From Oopsacas minuta (Eukaryota > Animalia > Porifera), in the NCBI GenBank assembly GCA_024704765.1, contig JAKMXF010000351.1, positions 62,001 through 126,000 on the forward strand: DNA of 64,000 nt. Reading direction: 5' to 3'. The position numbers and the translations under genes are program-made. Shown here piece by piece: positions 13,174 to 23,183 of the stretch. The notes beneath the pieces were generated by a model that made no database searches, was not told where the DNA came from, and was given only the letters and a program-made list of their open reading frames with translations. How positions within the stretch are numbered: the stretch's first letter is position 1; the number at the start of each line of letters is the position of its first letter.

Positions 13174-13995
13174 CGTAGGATTTTGACCCGCATATAATAT
13201 ATTATTGTCGTAGGATTTTGACCCGCATATAATATATTATTATCGTAGGATTTTGACCCGCATATAATATATTATTATCGTAGGATTTTGACCCGCATAT
13301 AATATATTATTATCGTAGGATTTTGACCCGCATATAATATATTATTGTCGTAGGATTTTGATCCGCATATAATATATTATTATCGTAGGATTTTGACCCG
13401 CATATAATATATTATTGTCGTAGGATTTTGACCCGCATATAATATATTATTGTCGTAGGATTTTGACCCGCATATAATATATTATTGTCGTAGGATTTTG
13501 ATCCGCATATAATATATTATTGTCGTAGGATTTTGACCCGCATATAATATATTATTATCGTAGGATTTTGACCCGCATATAATATATTATTATCGTAGGA
13601 TTTTGACCCGCATATAATATATTATTGTCGTAGGATTTTGATCCGCATATAATATATTATTATCGTAGGATTTTGACCCGCATATAATATATTATTGTCG
13701 TAGGATTTTGACCCGCATATAATATATTATTGTCGTAGGATTTTGACCCGCATATAATATATTATTGTCGTAGGATTTTGATCCGCATATAATATATTAT
13801 TGTCGTAGGATTTTGACCCGCATATAATATATTATTGTCGTAGGATTTTGACCCGTATATAATATATTATTGTCGTAGGATTTTGACCCGCATATAATAT
13901 ATTATTGTCGTAGGATTTTGACCCGCATATAATATATTATTATCGTAGGATTTTGACCCGCATATAATATATTATTGTCGTACGATTTTGACTCT
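13174..13995 (-). repeat. 35-bp subterminal tandem array (23 full units plus a partial one)
   Basis: Near-identical unit CGTAGGATTTTGACCCGCATATAATATATTATT(G/A)T at strict 35-bp period. Each unit holds the TIR core and the palindrome ATAATATATTAT. Confidence 0.95.
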
Positions 13996-14932
13996 AAAGT
14001 AATCTTACTTCTCTTTCATTTGACTTTTTCGAATTCCATACACTTTCATTACGTAATTACCACTAAATGTACGTAATGTAATTCAACTTTAGACTAGCTA
14101 TACTTATACGTAACTGAATAAATAAGTCAATTTAGAGTTGGATTCTAGAAAATAGTGAATTTGTTAGATAACATGTAAACTATGTTCCCACTACATATTA
14201 CAAATTTACAATATGTATAATTATCCAAAATGCCAAAAATGGACAGTATACGTATATAAATATTATATATTAATATTACTTGGACAGGAGGTGGTAGGTA
14301 TTTGATAATTGTGTTCAGTAACTCATAATAAATAATAGAATTTAACATGTCAATCTATATATTGCAATATATTCTATCAAATAACAAAAATTTTACAAGC
14401 ATTAGCATGATAATGAATATTCGGAATATCTTAAGTACGAATTGTAGGCGATTTCATCTTTACCCATTTCTCTATACTTCCTAACAAGCTTTAAGGAATA
14501 TACCACTGAGATATGTTCATCTATTGGACAAGCGTAGACTATGCATTTGTTACGGGAGTCTTGGTATAATGTTGATACACATATAGAGTTGAGGTGAAAA
14601 CCGCGAGCCTCTGGCACGCTGCATACTCCTGGAAAACACTAGATTTCTATAAACAAAACAAGTCAGCTGCGGTGGCCTCCTCCTTCCCCTTACAGCCACC
14701 CCCTAACGCTAAACGTCTAACGTTAACCTCACCTTGTTAATTTGTGCAGTGTTGGAGCGAGTTTGATGTGATTGCGATCACACCAAATTCGATTCTAAGC
14801 TGCAACATACACGAATACGTACAATAAATCGTAATTTAACAGACACACGAGGAGCTAACGGACCCCGAACGGCCACAGACAAGGAGACATTAAATAATAA
14901 AAAATAGATAAGAAACTCGCTTGTATCTGATT

Positions 14933-15000
14933 CCATGCTGTATTTCGTCTCGGCGTAGACTCGTCAGTTGCACTGCCTTTCTCGCAATATACTTAGATGG
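14933..15000 (-). ncRNA. Type III hammerhead ribozyme
   Basis: Minus strand reads GUAU-A-UUGC[GAGAAAGGCAGU]GCAA-CUGACGA-GUCU[ACGCCG]AGAC-GAA-AUAC. All core nucleotides and three fully paired stems are present; stem III extends through CCAU/AUGG. Predicted cleavage 3' of AUA, between 14988 and 14987. Confidence 0.85.
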
Positions 15001-15180
15001 TAGAGTGATGATATTCGTCACTGGGGATGTGCTGTTGCAGGTCGCGTTTCCATTATCTGGGCTCACCATGATAGGGATTGCGTTGCCTGAATAACCTCGG
15101 GCAGAGGTCCCCACAAGGTTCGATCTACCTTGCCTTTGAGCGCTTTCGAATGATGGAAAAGAGTCGTGAATCGCTAAGAA

Positions 15181-18100
15181 TTAGTCAGAAGAGTGCAAGA
15201 GGTAGAATACAGTATTGAGTGATCCGATGAAAGTGTCACAGTCCCAAAGTTGGATAATTGGTTCTCTCATTCCGTCATATTTATAGAATTGCCCGTTTTG
15301 GTAAAGGATTGAATAGAAGTGTCTATTACTCAATATGCTAAAGCCAGCAAGTTGGTAGTGAAGTGTCCGTTGGTTGTGACTGATGGTAAAGTGTTTGTCA
15401 ATATCGCTTACAAAAATGTCTGGCAATTCGCGTAGATGTCCGATTTCAATTGTTAGCATGACAGGTATTGACTTGAATTGACCAGATATCCTCTCTAAGA
15501 CAGCAGTAGTTGATCCACAAGACTTGCATTTAATAGGAACGAGACGTCGATTAACGGATGATTCCAGGTTTGTAATAACGCCTCCTATATTACTAATCAT
15601 GGATTGTGTCTCAAAGATATTGGTGCATTGGTGGCATTGGAAGATAGTGAAATATTTGTCGTTACACAAATCTTCTGTTCGTAAATATTTGATGATGTTA
15701 CCCTCTGATCCAAAGAAATCATAAGACCGTATCAATCCTGAGGAATCATAAATAACTTCAAGCCCAATTTTAGTAGCAACATATACTCGAAGTTTCTCAA
15801 ATTCACAATTAGCAGCCAATTGGAATATGTAATGGAATTCAGCTTCAGTATGTGTACTTCCGATTAACTTCAGTGAGTCTATGATGGTTGCTTTATTCGA
15901 ACTAAGAATAGCCAATATATTGTCGATAGAACAGGTGTTAGATTGCACGATGTTGTTATACTCTCCTCCCCATTTAGGATATGGGATAAGATCTGATGCA
16001 TTTTGTATAGATTGTTCTGGTATTTCAATGATCTCATGAACTTGCTCAGTTGGGAATATTAACTCAATTATTACTGGTAATAGAACAGCAATTGGATAGT
16101 CAAGATCTCTTCGTGTCTCTTCAGGTATTTCAGTAGGATAGGAGGAACGATATTCTGCGTACCAATTACCGGCTGATACAGCAAGTTTCTCCTTAATCTC
16201 AAAATTTAGTTCGTTGGGTGGATGGTAAGAATATAGTAAATTCAATGAAGTTAGAGATGCAGCTTTTGTAGCGAGTTTCTCATGTAGTTGGGTTAAGTAT
16301 GTGTTATTGACAAGAGCTGATAGTATTCGAGGTTTCAATTGAAGTAGCTCAGAGTCGATATTTTCATAGATTGAGTGTTGTTGCGGTGTTTCAAATGTTT
16401 CTTCCATGGTATCCAGGTTCAATATATCATCCAAAGAATCTAAATACATAATAAATATGTGAAATGTAGGATTGCTATTACGTATTAATCGAATCAATAC
16501 AGAACACAGCTAGTTTATATGTACTTAATCATGGGCTGAGTCAATTAGTTATAGTTCAGTACAATATTGTCTTGCTAATATATTTACCGCTAGAAGGGAA
16601 TTTGCAAGATCTTTTGGGCTTCTTTGATTTGCCTGTCTTCGTTCGAACCTGCCGTTTTTCGCTCATGCGAGAATGATATTTTCTTGATAGATGGATAGGT
16701 AATTTTGTTGTTTTGCTATCTGGGTCTTTGCGAGCAACTAGGTCGCTTGGTTTAACTTCCTCTATCATATATGGTCCCAAATATTTCATTGCATCTTTTG
16801 TTCCTGGGAGTCGCTTGGCTTTCTTTATATTATGTACAAGTACCTCATCTCCTTCCACAAATTCTGATCTAAAGTTTACACAATGATTATACAAAGAATT
16901 ATAATGTGCCAATTACGTACAGTTTGTAATGATGATAATTATATAACTAAAAGTAAGTGTTTTGGAATTTAAGAATTCATATAATTGAGGAAACAATAAA
17001 TTAGTTCCGATTCAAGACTATTTCATATTTACCTGATTATACAACAGTCAGTGAATTTAATTTAATTTTAGTAAGAGATGATGTATGAAATTCCAACATG
17101 TTACATCACAAAAGAATGTGTTCCGTTATTTCATACCTGTTGTGTTTAACTTTGCCGTTATATGTTCTCTTTTGAACTTTCTGGCCTGCCTTGATGTTTT
17201 CAATAGCATTCATTCTGTCAGCTTTACGTGTGGAAGAAAGATTCTCTATCCATTCGTTATCAGTTATAGGCAAGTCAAATGGGCGTGGTTCGTTTGCATC
17301 CATTTGAATATTCTCATCTTCTGATACTTCTGCCTCTGAGACATCAGCTTCGGTTAGTAATCCGGGGTTAGTTGGAGAAGTGATAAGATTGAGAAGGTTA
17401 GATGAATCAGAGTCTCTCCCAAACATGAGATAAAAGGGTGTGTAGCTTGTAGAGATTTTGGTTTGAGTATTTACTGCTAGTACTGCTGTCTGTAATTTCT
17501 CTGTCCATTCAGTGTCCCCTTCAGATTGCATCTTGTTGATTTTTCTATTTGTAAAAGTGTTAAATTGATTCAAAGCTATCTAATTATAAACGACGTGTAT
17601 TAAACGTATGTAAGGCTTTGAATAGATATATATTTATATTTAGCATCAATACTTACGTTTTCAATATTTTGTTGTGTGACTCAACAAGTCCGTTACTTTG
17701 TAGGTGGTATGATGTGGTTCTTCTGGTGTTGATATTTATCTTCTTGTGAAATTCCTGAAATTGCTATTTTGAAAGTAAATAAGAGAACAATGACAATCTA
17801 CTACGCGCATGTATTTAGTCTTGTACAACAATAGTAAGAAAGATAAAACGATTAATAAGGTAAATTTTCCTCCCGAAGTTAGTAGCATTAATTCGTAAAT
17901 TCTTATTTATTAGTATTTAACATAAATTATAATCCAATTTTCCACACGGTTTCTTAAATATAGCGATCAGGACGCATAATTTCCTACCAGGGTATATATT
18001 GAAGCAATGCGTTGACAATTGACAATGCAACTTGTTACGTACGTATATCCAATATAGTAAGTTGCATTGTGTATCAGGAATAATTCTTTGGTGTATTTAC

Positions 18101-19492
18101 AATTACTAATCTCGAGTATGTAAAAATATGAGTTACCTTGCTTGAGAATTCTGTTCCCTGATCATGTTGGAGGATGTTAGGCACACCGAATGAGAGATAA
18201 ATTTCCTGTAAACAATCCAATATTTCTTTAGATGTTTTAGTCTTGAGTGGTCGGGCAATTACAAATTTACTCAGGTAGCACACGATGACAAGAATGTGCT
18301 GAAATCCAAGTACAGTGCGAGACATATTACATATGAGATCAATTCCACAATGACACCATGGTTCTTCAGGAGGAGGAATAGGTTGAAGCTCTCGTTGTGG
18401 CTGAGGAGGTAGAGCAGCAGAGGTTTGACAGTCATGGCAAGTTCGGATCTAGGACGGGAAATGATTTAATTGTCAGTTTGCAGTCCTGTCTTAATGTAAT
18501 TTGCTACGTCCCAGATGTCCCACTAAATTAGCATTCCGTCCCGCTTTTTCTTCACTCAGGTTGGCAAATATGTTTATGTGAAATACTCCCACTACCTATC
18601 CCAATTACTAACTACCGCAAGGATCATTAGTTGTTAGATACATGATTGGTTGGTTGTACCGCACAAATAGATTTCCATATGATAAAATTGTATACCGGTA
18701 TACTAAATATCATCAGATCGCACAAATAATGGTGTATACAGTAGAATAATTACAAGGTGAATAACCTCAAACTATAAAATACATCCTGTTCTCAGACTTA
18801 CCAACCCCTTTTGCAAATTTCCCTGGATTTTATCGTTGCTAAATCCCTGGATTTCAAAATTTGTAATCCAGGTATCCCTGGAGGGTTGGTAAGTCTGTGT
18901 TCTCAGCCACATTTTCTTGGAAATCATATATGAAAGAAATACGTAATTTAGTAACTCACGTAGGATCCAACATCATTGTATATACCATTCCAATCATATT
19001 TGTTTCGGATTCCATCGATGGTAGTGTTGATTCCAGGATGAGTGACATTGTGATAGAATCCGATAATGTTGTTAATTTCTGAGACTAGTGGAATCTCCAA
19101 GTATTTCACACAGCCATTCTTCTTTCTGAAAATCTACAAGAAACTTATTCTAGTTAAACGCTGAGGTTATAGGTAGCATTGAGGGGCAGAGGAGCCCCCT
19201 AGCGTTTTCGCCCTTCTCATCTCCCCATTGTACGCAAATTTAATGAGGCAACTACATATCTGCCTCCTCGCAGGTATGTAGTTACCTCAAGATTTCTAAT
19301 TATGTCTTGGAAATATGTATAAATCAAAAATATCATTCAGGAATATACCTTCATTAGCTTATTCTCTTGAAAGTAAATCCCCTTGCACTTTCTGACAAAA
19401 TTCTTCTTTCTGTAGCGATCACTCTTGATTTCTGGTGGGATAATATTCGTCTGGAGGTATCCACGAATTGCTTCATGCTCTGTCGCATCCAT
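15181..19492 (-). CDS. Spliced Ginger transposase: integrase (H2C2-DDE-GPY/F) fused to a USP-like cysteine protease, ~894 aa
   Basis: Exons 19492-19349, 19133-18960, 18448-18137, 17763-17657, 17544-17137, 16868-16588 and 16439-15181 join through GT-AG introns with matching phases (2,685 nt, no internal stop found). Motifs: YHNVTHPG...W...DV..YIRTCHDC; GIDL, HDQGTEF, SNGLVE with D-35-E spacing; TPFYLMFGR; FVEGDEVL...YLGPY; NTCSIDN and HFYS...YDG. Confidence 0.85.
18793..18897. mobile_element. 105-bp MITE in intron 2 of the Ginger gene
   Basis: TIR CAGACTTACCAACCC / GGGTTGGTAAGTCTG flanked by the direct repeat TGTTCT on both sides. Confidence 0.7.
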
Positions 19493-21372
19493 AATGAAAA
19501 ATGCCAAAAGTAAATATAAGTGTTTGATATTGAAATCTAGAAACAAAGTAAAATGTTAGTGTGTGCATTTAGGACGTCACACATGTATAAATACGAATAC
19601 TATGTGACTAGGGATGAAATATTGATATTACTTGATTTGCAATTGCTACTTGCGGATCAAAATCCTACGCGGGTCAAAATCCTACGCAACAGGTCTCGTG
19701 GCACAGAATGTGACATTTTGGAGCTAGACGTAGGATAAGATTACGAAATGACTTAGATCGTACAAGCGCAAGAGGTTCACAATCATCAATAATATGTTTC
19801 ATGTTTACTGTATCCAATTCTTTCTGACATATGAAAGGTTTTACAAGTATCAGAATCTATAAACGGGTCTATTTTCGACTGCTTTGCACGCAGTTCATCT
19901 TGGATGAATATCCTCATGCTTTGAAAGCTTAAACATGCTCTCAATATAACCTCACTTCGATAGTGACATCAATAATGAAGATTAGGTAAATTCATACAAG
20001 ATAAACCTTGCACAATACAATAATAATGACTCAGAATGTTTTCGCAAAGAATCCGTTACTCCAACCGAACTGTAATGCCCATATCTATGGTTGTTTATTA
20101 AACAGAAATGTAGAATCAATGCATTCTACGAATGAATGTTACAAAATGTTGAACACAAATTTGGAACAATTATCTAAGCATAAAAAGGGTACAATTATAG
20201 AATGTTACACCCCTAACTTTTGCAAGATGGTAAAAATCGCTATATGAGCCGTATAGAGCATGTCGAGAGATGAAAAGTGTGCTAGAGATTTCGAAAATCT
20301 TGTCAAGAAACAAAATAGTTACAGCAATTCTAGCTTATAAGCCAAAGTCTATGGGGAAAATTGCAACTTCATTGAAGCCAAATATATTACAATAATAGTG
20401 TTGCAAATAGCATAGTAGTGTGCATACAATACTACAACATACCTAATTAACATTTCAATGTCTAAGTAATTTGTGTTACCTATTAATCATTCTCTTAATC
20501 TCCAAATAAATAGACATATTCAATAAACATACAATCTGCAATAATGATATTCTGTTAATTAACTACATATCAAGAGATTATTTAGTATCTACTTGAACTT
20601 AAATGGAGACAGTTGTTAGTTCTATTCCTCGGGTATCACATCTTCTAATAATCTCCAGCGATTCTTTTTCGTTTGATTAATGTAAAGCCCACTATACACA
20701 ATGCAACTATGTTGTACCGTGTATTATGGGATGGCATGCACAAAATTTTTGCATCGTGTGTATTGATCGTTGCATGCCAAAATGTTGCACATAAATATTG
20801 TTGCATGCGTAAGGGGGCTTAAAACAAAGCTTTCAATGAAATTTTAGAAATTTATCAAATCATACTATACCACAGGACACCTTTTACACTTGCATGAAAC
20901 TTCTATTGCAACCGATTTGCCTGAAACTGTATTTCATGGTATGCATATTTTTGGTTGTTTGTCTGGAATTGATTGAGAACTTATAAGAACTAATGACTTT
21001 ATTTTGCATGGGGTTGTGGGATACTCTATCTAGCAACTTTTGGGATAACTAATGCAAGAGTTTCTTTGTGAATCAATTCAAATTGTATTAGTAAATACAG
21101 TATTGGGTTCACTGATTAAGGCCCAAAATTCGAGCAAATTCCCATATAAGGAAACTGGAATTAGGACGAAAATTATTCATTACTCCAGTAACAAACAGCC
21201 TTATAACAAAGTCTGTTAAAGCCTCTGCATCTTACAGTTCAGGGGGCTGCTTGCTACAGGACCCCAGAATTGTAGGACAAGGAGACTTTCACGTACTTGG
21301 TTATATGGCTGTTTGCTATTAAAGTAATGAATAATTGTCGGACTTAGTCATGTTTCAAAATAAAGAGGAATA

Positions 21373-22707
21373 TCGGGGCGTTCAATAAGTCTTTCGGGTC
21401 ATGATAAATCTTAGGAATTAGTCAAGTACGATATCTAACTTTCATATATTATAAGTCCATATAGTTAAACTCTATATACTGAAAGTTTCATGCATATTCA
21501 ATACAAATTATGAATTTTTGAAATAGTTACATGTAGTCAATTTATACCCACTGTTGAATTTATGGCTTCAAAGGATGATAGTTTCAACCTCAAATGACGA
21601 GCAACATAGAGTTTCCCACAATACTCAAGGTTCAGCCAGTACAGATCTTCAGCGAGTTGCAAGAGATATTGTGCGTGGATTGTCCTTCTAGATCTACTCT
21701 AGAGCGATGGGCTGCCCGTTTAAGATCTAGTGATGCTGATGTCACAGATTTGCCTCGATCTGTAAGACCGGTATCCGCCACTAATTCAGAGAATATCGCT
21801 CTGAATGGAAGTATGGTTAGGGAAGACAAGTGCATCACTGTCAATCAGTTAGAACAAATAACGGAGATTTCATCGGGAGCTATTCATACAATTCTGACGA
21901 CTGAGCTTGGCTACCGATCGATTTGTGGGAAATTGGTCTCGCATAAGCTCAGTGAGAATCACAGGTTGGCACGACTGAATATTGCCAAGAAACTCTTGGA
22001 AACTTATGAGAACTGCGATTCTAGATGCCTAACAGAGATTATTACTGGTGACGAGACATGGATGTACTATTCAACACCATATAGCAAGTATAAGAAGCGA
22101 TCATGGGTGAGAGGCGACAAACACCCGGCGAAAATTCCTAGACTCGACTTCAGAAAACCTAAGATTATGCAAACCATCTTAGTCAGTAGTCATGGAATTG
22201 TCTTTCAATTAACTTGTAAGAGTGGCAAGGTTGTTACTGCTACTTTCTTTACAGAGCAAGTGCTTTTTCCAAATTTAATAAAAAATATAGAAAAGTACCG
22301 CCCGAAAACCGGAACTCGAGGAATGAAGATTTTAATTGATAACGCCAGTTTCCATACAGCTAAGCTTACCAAAAATTTCTTGGATGTAGAAGGGTTAGAA
22401 TTACTTCCCTATTCACTATACTCACCAAACCTAGCTCTGTGTGATTTTTGGCTATTCCCAAGCTTAAAATCTATCTTCAAGGCAAAGATCTTAACTCATT
22501 ACAAGCCCTCGGAACGGGCCTGTTACAGTACTTCAAATCCATCCCCGAAGAAGAGTACAGGAATGTGTTTCCAAGTGGGTGGAAAGGTTAAAACTTTGTG
22601 TATCTGGAGGAGGGGATTACTTTGAATAAATAATATAGTGAATTAGTGTGTATAGTGTTTGTATCATATTCTATGATATCACCCGCAAGACTTATTGAAC
22701 GCCCTAG
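21373..22707 (+). mobile_element. mariner (DD34D) element with a frameshifted transposase (ORF 21594-22625)
   Basis: TA-flanked TIRs containing GGGCGTTCAATAAGTCTT; motifs ITGDETW, IDNASFH and YSPNLALCD with 34 residues between the last two Asp. The normal C-terminus KWVERLKLCVSGGGDYFE lies in another frame. Confidence 0.9.
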
Positions 22708-23183
22708 TACAAATGGTTAAATTCAATATTATAATCTATAGGAATGACAAAGAACCTACATGAATGAGTGAATATACCCTTCAGTGAATTATAATAAATA
22801 TAAATGAACCGCTTTTAACGTATTCTAAGTATTACTTTACAAGTTAGAGATGGTCATCTGCCATGCGTGTTGGAACAAACTCATAACATCATAAAAACAA
22901 TGAAATATAATGGGTTGTTGATGAATTATATCGTTCATCATGCGAATTATTTGCATTTGTATAGTTTTAACATTTTTTAAATGGAGTGTTTATCTTTTTC
23001 TTGCACGTTAATGTAGTATGGCTTTTTCATGGTTGAAAAAGTAACAATTGATTTTTCTATCTGAGTGATAAAAAGCAAATCGATAGTGTGGATCATCTCC
23101 AAGTAGACAGATCTAAGCAATCTCTATAAATATTAACAATATATTTCGATATCAGAAATACAACTGCATATCATTTCAAACTT

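Larger units (their letters stand above)
13046..19691 (-). mobile_element. Complete Ginger-type DNA transposon, 6,646 bp
   Basis: Perfect 23-bp TIRs TGTTGCGTAGGATTTTGACCCGC, a 4-bp TSD GGTC (13042-13045 and 19692-19695), and an internal Gypsy-like integrase gene. TGT termini, a 4-bp TSD and an intron-containing integrase are the defining features of Ginger. Confidence 0.92.
11630..20000 (-). pseudogene. hAT transposase pseudogene split by the Ginger insertion
   Basis: Removing 13046-19691 and one TSD copy joins KHIIDDCEPLALVRSKSFRNLILRLAPKCHILCHET to LRSNMDISF...SITADGWS...DNGSNF. CAAHTHNL is at ~12570 and the C-terminal dimerisation motif LPSSAAVESLFS...LLLKMN at ~11630-11760. The probable element terminus TAGGGCGTTTGGATCG lies at ~26294 (-); the left terminus is unresolved (~11200). 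Confidence 0.85.

Noticed and set aside
13174-13995. CRISPR-like array
   Set aside because: The spacers are near-identical, there are no cas genes, the context is eukaryotic, and the unit is the transposon's own TIR motif.
14780-14880. HDV-like ribozyme (UCCUCG loop on the minus strand)
   Set aside because: P3 and P1 partner strands do not pair.
14985-15140. tRNA, SINE or U1 snRNA on the plus strand (A-box-like TGGTAGAGTGA, B-box-like GGTTCGATC, ATACTTAGATGG start)
   Set aside because: No acceptor stem forms, the T-loop would be 9 nt, and there is no U1 stem-loop or Sm-site match. The hammerhead on the opposite strand explains part of the sequence better.
18470-18560. GHLGR-encoding stretch as the Ginger H2C2 exon
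   Set aside because: It is surrounded by in-frame stops and looks like a GGGAC-rich MITE remnant in intron 2. The true exon (19133-18960) fits phases and motifs.
13046-19691. Gypsy LTR retrotransposon or Maverick/Polinton as the source of the integrase
   Set aside because: No LTRs, gag, RT, RNase H, DNA polymerase B or capsid genes. Short TIRs, a 4-bp TSD and introns fit Ginger.
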